In this document: positions 14,371 to 28,423 of the stretch, one piece after another | How positions within the stretch are numbered: the stretch's first letter is position 1 | Layout of the letters: the number at the start of each line of letters is the position of its first letter | From: the human T2T-CHM13v2.0 reference genome, Homo sapiens | DNA: 64,000 nucleotides | NCBI RefSeq assembly: GCF_009914755.1 | Contig: NC_060938.1 | Reading direction: 5' to 3' (one strand) | Program-made: the position numbers and the translations under genes | Notes under the pieces: generated by a model | Seen by the model: only the letters and a program-made list of their open reading frames with translations | What the model was told of the DNA's origin: nothing | Databases searched by the model: none

Positions 14371-14870
14371 TTTGTTTTCCTCTTTCATTGTTAGGTTCAT
14401 AACTGAGAGTCGAAAACACAAGATTAACAAGAGAAAGGCATACATATTTATTTAACACAAGTTACACATAACGTGAAGACTTCACAAGTGAAGGCCTAAC
14501 AAAACAGCAAAACCTGTGTATTTTTATGCTAAATTTGGTGAAGAAGTGTATAGTAGAGAAATATGATTGGAGGCCAAAAGCCTTGATATAATAGTAATAA
14601 ATTGGGGTAACTTGAGCAAGGCCTGTTTCTTCAGATTCTACTTGACAGCTCTGTGTCTTGAAGGATAGAGATGTTCCTTTCCTAGGACATAGGGAGGGCA
14701 GCCCTGAAGTGAAGGTTTTATTTTCTACTTTAGAGGAAGGTCAGAGAGTTATTTTATGACCTGTTTCATGGGAGACGAGCAAGGAAAGGTGAGAGTGACC
14801 TTTCTGCATCTGCCATTTCCCCAAGTGCCAAGGTAACGTATTTTGGGGTAGTATATCAAGAACCCGTCAC
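14370..14870 (-). mobile_element. ERV1 solo LTR (MER67-like)
   Basis: agattaacaagagaaaggcatac..gtgccaaggtaacgtattttggggtag. Confidence 0.6.
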
Positions 14871-14938
14871 CATATGTAAATTATACCTTAATCAACCCTG
14901 ACTTTAAAATGTTACAATTCATTGTTTAGTCCTGTTGT

Positions 14939-15563
14939 TGATATAGGAGTTAAAAAGAAATTACTTGAGCAGATAGTGAGGGTACAAAAGTGCTCGGTAA
15001 AGGTTTTCTTTTTTAGTGAAAAGGAGACCCAAAGTCACTTTCTAAGAAGAGCAGCCTGTAAGATGGAGCTGCAGACATAGACAAGCCAGCTGCAAGCTTG
15101 CACGGGTGAAGGTCAGCAGGAAAAACCTACGGGGACTAGGCATGTTCAAAATGGCAGCTCCATCTCCCTTTCCCTTTGCCAACCACGTGTACAGGAAGGA
15201 GCAGACAAGATGGCACCGGTCAAGTGGAAAGCCCAATTGCATAATAATGTTAGGGTGGGGCGGCCAGCCTTCTCCTCATGCTATGTAAACCTCACACCTG
15301 ATATAACCAATCTGTGGGTCCTACATAAGTTGGACACTACCTTCTCAAACCTGTCTATAAAACTTGGCGCACTCTGCCATTGGCCAGTCTTTCCCTTTCA
15401 GAAGCCCTTGTCTCTCTCACCGGAGAGAGAGCTATTCTCCTTTCTCTTTTTTCTGCCTATTAAACCTCTACTCCTAAACTCCTCCATGAGTGTCTGTGCC
15501 CTAAATTTTCTTGGCATGAGACAATGAACCCCAGGTATTTACACCAGACAATGTCACTGCTTC
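14939..15563 (+). mobile_element. ERV1 solo LTR (MER50-like)
   Basis: tgatataggagttaaaaagaaattacttgagcagatagtgagggtac start; homologous to 17560-18174 and 36293-36878. Confidence 0.75.
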
Positions 15564-16263
15564 ATTATTAAGTTGGAAAAATGTAAAACTTAAACATTGT
15601 CCCAAATATTCTTTTTTTGCCTTTGTTATGTTTCCAGGACATGGAAGTAGAAATTCTCTTCCCAATAGTAAGAATTTCCAATATTTTTTTGTTAACCAGA
15701 AATTTGAAATTAAAATATTGTTTACTTTTTTATGTTCTTGTCTTATTAAGAGGTCTATGGTAGAGGGTGGAAGCAATTAAAGGGAGTCCCCTTCACACTT
15801 TTGTTGCTTGATTATTTACTCTAGCAAATAAAACCAAAACATTCTATCTTCAGATATGACATAATAATCAACTATGAACCTTGGTGTGTGGGTTATTCAA
15901 GCCAGCTTCCTTTCTCCTGAAGCAGGAATAGCTGAAGGATCTCCCTAGCCCACCTTAGATGATAAGTGATCTTGCCCTGAGGCTCTGGCATTTATATAGC
16001 ACCTCCAAAAAGCACAGTAAACCTTTAGGAGTTACAATTCATTTGATACAAATTCTGTAGGGTGTCTCCTCCAAAATCATAAAGAGCTATTTCATTAGTT
16101 TAGGCACTATGACAATTTGTCAACCAATATTGCCAATGGAGACAAGAGGGAAACCTGTGTTAGAAACTAAACCAGTCCCAACTGTTATTTTGACTAAATA
16201 AGGGTATCAACTTTTAAATACTATTAACTCTTAGGGCGTGTAAACCAGAGTTGAATGTATTCT

Positions 16264-16452
16264 AAAGAAGAAAGAGAAAAAAGAAGGAAGGGAGGAAGGA
16301 AGGAAGGAAGGAATCAAGGAAGAAGGAAGGAAAGAAGGGAAAGAGAAAGAAAGAGAAAAAAGACCAAAAGAAAAGAAAGGAGAAAGAGAAAGATGAAAAG
16401 AAAGAGAGAAAAAAAGAAAGGGAGAAAGGGAGTGAGGGAGGGAGGGAAAAAG
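16264..16452. repeat. GA-rich low-complexity repeat
   Basis: GGAA/GAAA runs. Confidence 0.9.
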
Positions 16453-17461
16453 CCGGTAAAAAGGAAATGGTTTGCTCTAGTGGAAAAATATGGCCGCAGA
16501 TTGTAAAGAATGACCTGAGAGAATTAGTGCTTCTTTGAAATCTGAACACAGCCTCGCCATATTTCAGAATTAATAGGGAAAAGAGAAACACAGATTCCTA
16601 AAACCCCATAATAATTATGTGTATTACCATCATTTATGTCCCTGTCCCTGGCAGATTTTATAAGAGTTGTTAACAAGTTAAAAGAAGGTGATAGCTTTTC
16701 ACCTGATTCTCTGCTTTGCCTACACAAAATAGATCATGTATTTTCCTCAAAGCCAAAGTTCCTTCTTGACTGTGCTATTTCTGTCAACTACATGTTTATA
16801 AAACATGGAGTCATCTGACTCTTCCCATCTGAATCCCAGCATGCAGTCAGCTCCCAGCCCTCCTCTAGGGATGCCTCACACAGCCACCCCGACACCCTCC
16901 TTGCGGTTCACCCAGGATAATGCCACCCACTCTCCTTTAGCTTCCCTGTCTCAAGTTTTTGTCTCAGTCCATCTAACTTCTATTTCTAATGTAATTCTTT
17001 ATTACAAAAATAATTTGTGCAGGTCAGTCTCCTCCAGAAAAACCTCCAATGGCTCTTTACTCCTGCCAAAGGTTAAAACCTATTTAACAAGTCAAAAATT
17101 ACAACACTTCAAAACGCAACTCACTATTGCCACAATTTTGCCACTGTTCACCTAAATTAACCCTCTAATTCAAACTAGCTTATTCTCTCGAGAACGTGCT
17201 GTGTTCGTTACCTGACACGAACCTTTGGAAAGTGATTTTTGGTGGGAAAGATATGCTCAGAAAAAAGTTGGCTGAACTTATTAAGGATGTCCTCCCTGAA
17301 GATTTTCAGTCTGTGGGGACTTCCCATTCCTCAGTGCAAGGCTGCAAGTGCTCGTGCCAGGCTAAGCCTGTCCAGCCCCAAGCTCAAAGCACTCTCTCCT
17401 CAATCGCGGCATTTGTCTGCACCATTCTTTTAGAAATTAACATCTGTAATGGCCCACATTT

Positions 17462-17463
<2 letters not shown>

Positions 17464-17495
<32 letters not shown>
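17464..17495. repeat. (TG)n microsatellite
   Basis: Directly visible. Confidence 0.95.
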
Positions 17496-17497
<2 letters not shown>

Positions 17498-17557
17498 ACA
17501 TCAATATATGTAGAAATATGTAGGTTATTAAATATATATTTACATTATATGTGAAGC

Positions 17558-18174
17558 AGCATCATTGTCAGTGGTAAGTACCAGGGGTTCATCCTCTTGT
17601 GCTGAGAAAATTAAGGACATGAACACATGTGGGTGGGTTAAGGAGTGGAAAGTTTAATAGGCAGAAGAAAGGAGAGAGGAGAGCAGCTCCTTGTGAGAGA
17701 GAGGTGTCAGAAAGGGGGACAGTGTCAGACCACAGCAGAGTTTATAGGTAGGCTTGAGGAGGTGGTGTCTGCTTTCCCTAGGGCTCATGGATTGGCTTGA
17801 CCAGGTGGGACGTTTACATAGCAGGCGGGGAAGGCTGGTAGTCCCACCCTAATCTTATTATGCAAATGGACTTTCCACTTGACCTTCACCATCTTGTCTG
17901 CTCCTTACAATAGAGTGGCTGGCAAAAAGAGAAAATGGAGCCACCATTTTGAACATGCCTAGCCCAGGTAGTACATAACTATGGGCACAATTGCTGGCAT
18001 TCACCCATGCAAGCTTTCAGCTTGCTTGTTTATGTCTGTAGCTTGATTTTACAGGCTGCTCTTTGTTAGAAAAATAATGATTTGGGGGCCACTTTTGATT
18101 AAAAGGAAAACTTTACTGAGGACTTCTGTACCCTCACTAACTGACTAAGTAATTTCTTTTCAACTCCTATATCA
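17558..18174 (-). mobile_element. ERV1 solo LTR (MER50-like)
   Basis: Ends ctaagtaatttcttttcaactcctatatca, the reverse complement of the start at 14939. Confidence 0.75.
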
Positions 18175-18182
18175 TATGCACT

Positions 18183-19008
18183 TGTGATGCTGTGAAATAT
18201 ATATTTGGCCTTCCTTCTGTTTTCCCCCTGCCTGAGATACAACTCCTAATGTCCTTAGAATCTCTAAGTGCTGTCTTTTTGCATGCTAATGTTGACTAAT
18301 AGCTTCAAGGTAGGGCTGGTCACCAAAAAGACCAAGGAAGGATTAGAGGGTTGGGACTTCCAGACCCACCCATCAACCTCCTGGGAGGGGAGAGGGGTTG
18401 AAGGTCAAGTTGAGCACCAATGGCCAATGGTTTAATCAGTCATGCCTATGTCATGAAGCCTCCATAAAACCCCGAAAGGACAAGGTTGGGGGCATTTCCA
18501 CATACCTGGACACAGGGAGGTTCCTAGAGGGTGATGCCCAGAAAAAGCATGGAAGCTCCTTGCTTCTTCCCCCATACCTCAACTTACGCATCTCTTCATC
18601 TGTGTCCTTTGCAATATCCTTTATAATAATCTGATAAATGCAAGTAAGTGTTTCCCTGGTTCTGTGAGCCATTCCAGCAAATTAATTGAGCCAAAGAGGG
18701 AGTCATGGGAACCCCAAATTGAAGCCCATTAATCAGAAGCTCCAGAAGCCCAGACTGGAGACTAGTGTCAGGGTGGAGGGCAGTCTTGGGGACTGAGCCC
18801 CCAACATGTGGAATCTGATGCTGTCTCCAGGTAGATAATGTTGGAATAGAATTGAAGGACACTCACCTGGTGTCTGCTGCAGAATTGATTGTTTGCTTGC
18901 CAGTGGGAAAAAATCCTCACACATTTGGGATCCCAGAATCTTCTATGTTGATTGTTGATGTGTGGTATCAGAGCAGAAGAAACACGGTTTGAGAGGTTTT
19001 CCCAAATA
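18183..19008 (+). mobile_element. Solo LTR (MER21A/B-like)
   Basis: tgtgatgctgtgaaatatatatttgg..gattagagggttgggacttc..tcaccaatgg-like core. Confidence 0.75.
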
Positions 19009-19104
19009 ATACTGTATATTTATGTTTACACTTAGATATGTATGTATACATGATTATTGTTGTATATTAATGTTATTAAATTTATTCATATTTTTATATT
19101 CTAG

Positions 19105-19475
19105 TGTATTAGTCCATTCTCATGCTGCTTTGAAAACATACTCAAGACTGGGTAATTTATAAGGAAAGTTTTTGTCTTAATTGACTCACATGGCTGGGAA
19201 GGCCTCAGGAAACTTACAATCATGGCTGAAGGGGAAGCAAGCACGTCCTTCTTCACAAAGGGGTAGGAGAGAGAAGTGCCTAGCAAAGAGGGGAAAGCCC
19301 CTTATACAACCATCAGGTTTCATGAGAATTTACTCACTATCTTGAGAACAGCAGCATAAGGGTAACTGCCCCATGATTCAATTACCTCCCACCAGGTCCC
19401 TCCCACCACACATGGGGATTATGGGAACTAAAATTCAAGATTAGATTTGGGTGGGGACAGAGCCAAACCATATCA
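19105..19475 (-). mobile_element. THE1 solo LTR (MaLR)
   Basis: tgtattagtccattctcatgctgct..gccaaaccatatca; 5-bp TSD tctag. Confidence 0.92.
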
Positions 19476-20273
19476 TCTAGATAATTTTATTAAATAGTAA
19501 TCATTTATAATTAATATACCTAACTTATACAGTATATATTATGATATATAATTGATAATTTTAGATTAATATATCGATAGATTATAAAATATATGTTTGC
19601 ATAAGATATATATTCATTTTTATTTTATATTTATTTGTATGTATATATACACAAATGCATATACACACAGATATTTCCTTTATCAATATAAATACATATA
19701 TGTATACATATATGTATATATTCACATATATCCGATAGGTCATTGTTTCTCCCTACTGGGCAATAGACTTGACATCCAAATACTTACTTACAGTATGAAG
19801 TACAAGTTTTTCAAAAATATAATAGCAGCATAAGGAACAAAAAGAAAGAGTGTGTAAACAAGTGGAACTACTGGAAGCTGTCCAAGATAACGTCCCACAT
19901 CCTACCTTCTTGGCCTGTCATTCCGATAATCCAAGATCCATGTGAGTCCACAAGTCCAAGGAGCAAGACATTAGGAAGGACAGCAGAGGTGCTGACATCA
20001 CATACAAGTGACCTCTCTACCCCTAGTCAGGGAATGGGTGAATAGAAGAGTATTTGGAGAGAATGAAAATCAAAGAATGTGACTGTCACAGAGTTAATAT
20101 TTTAATAGATAAGATTTATGTTTTAAAAACTTGAAAGAAAAGAAAAACGAATAAAGGTATTGAATTAAAAATTCTTGGAAAAACAAAAATTAATCTCACA
20201 ACCACTTAAACACAGATTACAGCAAATTTTGAAATGCCTCTCAAATTATTGAGTGCTTGTTCAGTTATTTTTA

Positions 20274-20624
<351 letters not shown>

Positions 20625-21025
20625 CTAAACAAATTTAGGCCAAGACTTGTTTAAAAGATGTCTGGACATTTTTCTCTAACAGCAAAATTGGAAAACAAAC
20701 TAAACCTTGATAAATAAGAGAAAAGTAAGATCAATTATGGTCTGTCCCGTATGAAGCTATTTATTTAAATTTTGCTCTTTATGTATTTTCAATATTCAGT
20801 GCAATTGCTGCCACCAGCAGCTGTATGGCCTTAGCAAGAGCCTTCCTTCCTCTGCGTCTTGATTTCCTCCAAGGTGGTGGAGACCTCAGTCCTCCAGAGG
20901 ACACCTGGTTGCGCTTGCGTCTGCTGCTGCCACTGCTAGATCTTTGACCACGGAAGGTAAATGAACCCCTAGAGGCCTAGGTTTCTTACCTGTAAAGCAG
21001 GGATAATAATAATCATAACGACCTC

Positions 21026-21359
<334 letters not shown>

Positions 21360-21382
21360 TCATCAGCTTACAAGAATCAGTT

Positions 21383-21385
<3 letters not shown>

Positions 21386-21424
<39 letters not shown>
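21386..21424. repeat. (AC)n microsatellite
   Basis: Directly visible. Confidence 0.95.
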
Positions 21425-21426
<2 letters not shown>

Positions 21427-23224
21427 ACACACCCCACATCATACACATATAAAACACTGACAACAGAACCTTTAGAGCTGTACGTGATAACTGTATTGTT
21501 TTCACCTTTAAAATGAGAAGCTTAGACAGACAGAATCTGAGAGCTCCCTTTTAAATTTTAAATTGTTTATTTTTGTTTTAAATTTTGTTTCTCAGACCTC
21601 TCAGGGATGAATACAATTTTTAAACTGGGGGAATTTTAATTACTGGTTGGGGTTATCATATTTAGATGGTTTGATAAAGAATTAAACTTGCAGTTCTAAT
21701 TTAAAAATTGAGAAGGTATCCTGTTTCTACTGGTGAAGACATGAAACCTTAGACCTGAACAGAGGATGCCATCGTGTATAAACCAAACAAGAACCAGAGC
21801 AGCACAGCTCACCTCAGGGCCACTGACCCAAACAAAGGAAAAGGGACCTGACTGCAGTCATCGGCCTCAGCGACTGGCCCTACAAACCTCAAATTTTGAA
21901 AATGCTATCACTCGGAAAGTGGCCTATTGGGCAAAACAGAAGATTGGCCTCAGTCGCATGGGAATATTCTCTTTATTGTGCCATCACACCTCAAAGAAAT
22001 GAGTTTAGTTCCATAAAACTATATAACTAATGAAAGCCATTTTCTGGCTGGCCAGTAAGATAAATGGCTGACTGGCACATACAAGGTATCACCTGTACCT
22101 TTCGCCACCATCACTCTCGTGACAAAATATCTTCAAAGTGGTTAATTTGCCAGTCAGATATTTAGTTTGATTAACTGTTATAAATGAGTTAAAAGCACAC
22201 TGCAGTTCACTTTTCTCATACATTATTTTTCCTCCAACCCTATTGCTGTACCTTCTGAGACATGCTGATTGGATTCATTCTCTTTTGCTAAATAGGACTG
22301 CCCAAAATTTACTAGATGCTGAAACAAGAAGAAAATAGAATATTTTAGAAGAATTGAAGCAATCAAATATTTGCTCTGGCAAAGGAAAAGCTTTTTACCC
22401 AAAATATTAGTTTTGCACTAACTTCAAAGCAAGTGATGTTTCTTAAGTGTCTTTGCTTCCTTCTCCTTCCTTGCCCTCTCCCTCTTCCCACCTCCCCTCA
22501 CCGTAGACAGACAGACAGACAGACACTCACACACACACTTTCTGGGCAATAAAGGCACACAGAAAATAAAAATAAAGGTTCAAAATGTGTTATCTCAACA
22601 CTAACAATATGTGTGATTCCCGAAAAAGGCAGGTGTTGGGACAGAAACAGTGCTGATGCTTTCAAACTTGAGTCTGTGTCACCATAGGTGAGTCTGGGAA
22701 AAGATGCTTCCCACCACCAAAGAGAATGCCAGGAAACAGCCAGTGTCTCCGTGGGCATGGTGGGTTCTAGCTGTATTCTCAGAGCCTTTTTCCCTCCATG
22801 CACAGAAACATTTCATAAAGAATAAGCATGAATGGAAACAACAACAGTGGTTGATAGTTCCTTCTGTTATTTGCCTCTTCTTTTTGCTATCAGTTTAAGA
22901 TGGGAAAGTCTACCTACATTTTTAACAAAATATCAATAGAAAAAAAAAACAACAGAAAAAGAAACAGAGTTCTCTCCAGCCTCTCAGAAGGGCTGCAGTG
23001 ACTGGCATAGTAAATTATGGGAAAGTTCCACATTGTGGCTCAGCATGTCCAAGAACAAAGCCATGGACAGTTTTTCACAAGAGAAATCTGAGGGAATATG
23101 AGCAGATTATATAGCACAAAACATGCCACAGCCTCAACAATGTTTTTGAGCCCTGAAACAAGTAACAGGACAATAGGGTTGTTGGAAAGCTTAGAGTCTA
23201 ATCTTGATTCTAAAACATGTAATA

Positions 23225-23555
23225 TGGTCATGTGCCCCATGACGTCTCAGTCGATGACAGACCACATGTACAACAGTGGTCTCGTAAGATTATAGTACTG
23301 TATTTTTATTGTACCTTTTCTATGTTTAGATACACAAATACTTACCATTGTGTTACAACTGCCTACAGTATTCAGTACAGTACCCTGCTGCTTGTAGCTT
23401 AGGAGCAATAGACTTTATCATACAGATTAGGTGTGTGAGAGGCTCTACCATCCTGGTTTAGGCAAGGACACTCTATGATGTTTGCACAATGATGAAATCA
23501 CCTAAGGACACACTTCTCAGAGCAAATCCTGGTCATTAAGCTACACATGACTGTA
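23225..23555 (+). mobile_element. Tigger3/MER7-type DNA transposon
   Basis: Terminal inverted repeats ggtcatgtg..cacatgactg-TA; cttaccattgtgttacaactgcctacagtattcagtacagta core. Confidence 0.85.
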
Positions 23556-24357
23556 TATAAGCTGCAGTGTGTGACTGACATGTCTCTACCAATGATTAAC
23601 TATTCTTCAATGGAGAGCAACATTCCAAGAATTAAATTGTAAAAGCCCGTCTAATAACAAGTGTTCTGTATTTCTGGGACAATTCTGTCTTTGCCTCCGA
23701 GAAATGGCTACTTCACAAACTCCCGTAACGAAATTTCACAGGTGAAAGGCGCAGCTAGCCATGAGCACAGCCAGGATCCATTTATGTCAATTAGGAAGTG
23801 GGTTAGCAGCCCAGGTGAACCTGGATACGAGTGAAAGGACTAGATGCAGTACACTAGAATTCTCCTCTCTGACCCGTGGACCAGGAAGAATCCCTCTGCA
23901 CTGTGTAAATATGTGAAATAATGGGAAGACCAAAGAGGAGTCCCCTCAGAGTCCCATGCTTGAAGCCAGCTGCTGGATAGCCAGACACCATAGCTTACTG
24001 TGGAGGAGCACTCCATCCCCAGATGAAGAAAGAGGGTGCACTGCATAAGGAGACGCTGCTGATTAGACTTCAAAGGAAATTCTTTATCAGAGGTGCATAT
24101 ACATAAAGTGCAAAAATCACAGACAATATATAGACTCAAGAGAGAAGTCCTGAGGACCCATTTTAGGGAGAATTTTTCAAGTAGAGGAAGAGACACAATA
24201 GGATCAAATAGCGGGGACGAAATGTGTTTAAATGATTCAGAGAGAAGAAAAATCAGCCAAGGGAGACGTCAAGGAGAAAAATAAGGCAAGTAGCACAGCA
24301 CTGTGATGATGACAATGCTGAAATGGAAGGAGGCTGAGGGCCGTCCAGACAAGCCAC

Positions 24358-25146
24358 ATGCTAACGAAGGCAGGAGCGCGGTGGGGTGAACAGATGCTAA
24401 GGAAGGCGGGAGTGCCGCGGGGTGAACAGACGCTGAGGAAGGCGGGAGCGCCGCGGGGTGAACAGACGCTGACGAAGGCGGGAGCGCGGCGGGGTGAACA
24501 GACGCTAAGGAAGGCGGGAGCGCGGCGGGGTGAACAGACGCTGACGAAGGCGGGAGCGCGGCGGGGTGAACAGACGCTGACGAAGGCGGGAGCGCGGCGG
24601 GGTGAACAGACGCTGACGAAGGCGGGAGCGCGGCGGGGTGAACAGACGCTGACGAAGGCGGGAGCGCGGCGGGGTGAACAGACGCTGACGAAGGCGGGAG
24701 CGCGGCGGGGTGAACAGACGCTGACGAAGGCGGGAGCGCGGCGGGGTGAACAGACGCTGACGAAGGCGGGAGCGCGGCGGGGTGAAGAGACGCTGACGAA
24801 GGCGGGAGCGCGGCGGGGTGAAGAGACGCTGACGAAGGCGGGAGCGGGGCGGGGTGAAGAGACGCTGACGAAGGCGGGAGCGGGGCGGGGTGAACAGACG
24901 CTGACGAAGGCGGGAGCGCGGCGGGGTGAACAGACGCTGACGAAGGCGGGAGCGCGGCGGGGTGAACAGACGCTGACGAAGGCGGGAGCGCGGCGGGGTG
25001 AACAGACGCTCAGGAAGGCGGGAGCGCGGCGGGGTGAAGAGACGCTAACGAAGGCGGGAGCGTGGCGGGGTGAACAGATGCTGACGAAGGCGGGAATGTG
25101 GCGGGGTGAACAGATGCTAACGAAGGCGGGAACGTGGCGGGGTGAA
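24358..25146. repeat. CpG-rich VNTR, 36-bp unit, about 22 copies
   Basis: ctgacgaaggcgggagcgcggcggggtgaacagacg repeated. Confidence 0.97.
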
Positions 25147-25157
25147 GCACAAGGATG

Positions 25158-25390
25158 TGACTGAGAAGACGACGTCGCTGTTGGAGAATATGGTGACTTT
25201 GACTGAGAAGGCGACGTCACTCTTGGAGAATATGGAGGCCATGAGGGCCGTCCAAACACAGGTGCTAAAGAAGGCAGGAGTGTGGTGGGGTGAAGCACAA
25301 GGAGGTGACTGAAAGACGATGTCACTCTTGGAGAATATGGTGACTTTGAGAAGACGTCACTCTTGGAGAATATGGTGACTTTTGACGGCT
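25158..25390. repeat. Degenerate tandem repeat plus unexpanded copy of the VNTR monomer
   Basis: gacgtcactcttggagaatatggtgacttt units; VNTR-like monomer at about 25262-25295. Confidence 0.8.
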
Positions 25391-26699
25391 GAGATGCTTT
25401 GATGCCCGGGAAGCCCTGCAGCTGCTCATTCTCATTGTACATTTATGAGAAAAAAGCAAATGAAAAAAAATTAATCCAGAACTTACTTAAGGGAACACAA
25501 TATGGTAGAATCAGCCAAAAACCTACATTTAAAGTATAGGAGAGTAAGTTGTAATGGTGGACTTGAAATAGTAAGGAAAGTTTGTATTATCATCTGTTTA
25601 CTAAAGCAGAAAGGGAGTGTAACAATAGTTTTTAAATATCAATGAAAAATCCTTGGAAAAACATATCAGTGCCAGTGTTGAGACACAGTCAGAAAAATAG
25701 GTCACCTCAGACGTGTGAATAGGCTCAGCAAAGCCTAACAGAAAATTCTGTCACCTCATAAAGTACTTTTCAATTGCAGAGGTCAAAGTGCTTCTTACAT
25801 TTAGTACAACATGTGTGTGCATGTGTGTGAGCATAATTTTATATATATTACATATATATAATATCTTATGTTCTATTCCTATGAAATAGAAAAGAGATAT
25901 AAAAACAAAGACATTAAAAGACTTAATTAACCAAGGATTCACAAATGACAATTCCTGGGGGGTTCTGGAGCATGGAGATTAGGAAGAGAAGTGACATGTA
26001 ACATGACACAAGGGATTACGAAAGGCAGATAATATGAGGGAAAGTCATGAGGGAGCTGGATTTATTATCCTGAATTAGAAAATAATGCAGAGTCTCAAAG
26101 TATCCATAAAGGAGAAGCTCCTCCCATGACAAGTGTGGTTTCCCATGCAGTGGGGGAGGCCCTGGCCCTGGCCCTGGCCCTTCATTCCTCCCATTCGCTA
26201 CCTGGTGGGCTCTTGAAGACATTCATTCTCACTTCCCCATTCCCCTTCACTTAAGGGGCCCTGAGGGGTGAGGGGAAGGCCAGACCTGTACTCTGTACAT
26301 TACAAGTACCCACCTCTCTCTCTCTTTCTCTCTTTCCTTCCTTCTCTCTCTCCCCATTTTTAGCACACAGTTTGTTCAGACTCCTGACCCCCCACCACCA
26401 GTCACAGGCATGGCATGGCGTAGCCTCATAGATTAATTACATTCATCCCCACTAAATTCTGCATTGTGCTCTGTGTGACAATCAATATAATAATGTGCTT
26501 ATATTCTTAGAAGTTTTATACTCATGACAAATAAGATATTAATAGGAGTGGCTTCTGAAATCTGTGGTTGCACATCACAAAATACATCTGCACTTCCCCC
26601 GTTGTTAGTTATGTTTAATGATCTTTCCATGGTTTAAGTGAGCATTTCTGTTGGTGTTGGCATTGGGGTTAGAACAGAATCAGCTACTCCCTTACAGTG

Positions 26700-26900
26700 A
26701 CCAAAGTCAGACATGCCTGTATTTGAACCCATATCTGCTGCTTTTTAGCTCTATGGCCTTTAGCAAGTTATTTAATCTCTAAATTCTTAACCAGATTTCT
26801 CAACCGATTGTAGCTCACGAAGTTGTAGCAAGAATTAAACGAGCTAATCCGAGGGCACCGCTGTGTCTGCCACCGAGTATGTATGTGAGTTCTGTGCGTG
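26700..26900 (+). mobile_element. MIR
   Basis: tttgaaccc..tagctctatggcctttagcaagttatttaatctct..gaattaaacgag. Confidence 0.65.
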
Positions 26901-28423
26901 TCATGATGGTTAGCTGCTTACGTTCTTCTTCTCATTTTCCGTGACTGTCTCCTAAATCATACAGTGACAGTCGCTCTGGGATTCCTGGGGGTTTCCAGCA
27001 GTGTCTCCCTGGTGAATGATAAACTTCAGCAGTTAGGTGAAGTGCTTGGTAAGGTAAAATGGAAGCTTGACATGAAAAAAAGTTTTGCAAACATCCCCAT
27101 AGTGGAAAAATAAGACCAGGGAAGAAGCTGCTAATTAGCCAGAGGTGCAATGATGTATCATGACTGTCAAAGCAAAGGAGCGATTTTTGCTGTAGAGATA
27201 GCCAGCCTTCAGGAAGGGCCATGTTTCCCAGTAATTTAATCTGAAAGACATAAATCATGACGAAAATCTCCCTGCATTAGTAATGGAGAGAAATACCTGC
27301 ATTCTAGCAAGGTTTGCATGATAAAAGACAGGTTTTCATACATCTTAGATCAGGAAAAATAATTATCAATCAAAGATAACCCCCTGCATCCTCGTTTGAA
27401 GTGAAATTGGAGGTCAGCGGAGGCCAAGAAAAAGAGAGGACTGGATTGTCTCTGCAATTTTAAGGAGCTCATTACTAGAAATGCTGTTTTACAAAGTTTC
27501 AGCTGTATGTGATTTTGAAACATTAATGATTTAATGCCTGCCAGACAAAGAAAGGGAAGGGATGTCAAAAACCAAAAACAGGTATAACTGTATCATTGGC
27601 ATGAAAATGGAGGCTGACATCATAATGATGAGAAATCACCCCAGGGCCAAAGTATGCCAACTGAAATCATGGCCAAACACAAATCTCCTGGTGCTTTGGA
27701 AGAATGCAACTGGAAATTGATAACAGCAGAGGAATCTATATTATCTGCTTCCCAGAGAATTGGGAGTTCACAGAGAACAAAGTCAGTGGCCCCAGCAGAG
27801 CCCTTTGCTATGCAAATAAGCTGGAACACTTACCCAAACACACTCTCTAAATCAAGATTACCTGTAATTCCTCTGTGCTGCAGCCTATAGGGCTGTAGAG
27901 GCTTAATCATATTTATTACCTAACCAATGAACACATGGGCTGTTTGATCAGAAAGTAAATTTTGGCCCCACCTCACCATTCCTACAACATCATGCAAGAC
28001 CAGTGAAGTCCTGAGAACCTGGAAAGCCCTAATCCGCATTCAGTGACTGGTCTCTGACCATTTGTTTTGCCCGGACAACTGAGTAATGGAGGGACAAACA
28101 GCTTAAATTGTTAGCAACTACTAGACTATAAAATTCTTACTAAACAGGCACTTTCTTGAAAGCTCAGACCATTTTTTATTCAATTTTTGCAATTAGTAGA
28201 ATTTGTCTCCCTGGTGATTTCTCAATTAAGATTAAATAGGGCCCTCAAAGATGCTGGGGAGAAAAAACGAGAAAACAAAAAATTAAATGGGGAATGAAGA
28301 AAATAAAGGAGAAAATGAGAAAAGAAATAGGGAAGGGAGAAAGGTAAAAAATAAATGGCATGCCAATCATTAACTCTAAAATCCAGGTGGAGAGATATAT
28401 CAAACCAGGCAGGCAGGCCAAAT

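Noticed and set aside
16255-16591. Lys/Arg-rich and Phe/Ser-rich ORFs (also 8533-8903)
   Set aside because: They come from GA-rich low-complexity sequence.
24237-25442. 401-aa (-) and 268-aa (+) ORFs
   Set aside because: They are translations of a stop-free 36-bp VNTR, open on both strands, with no domain or splice support.
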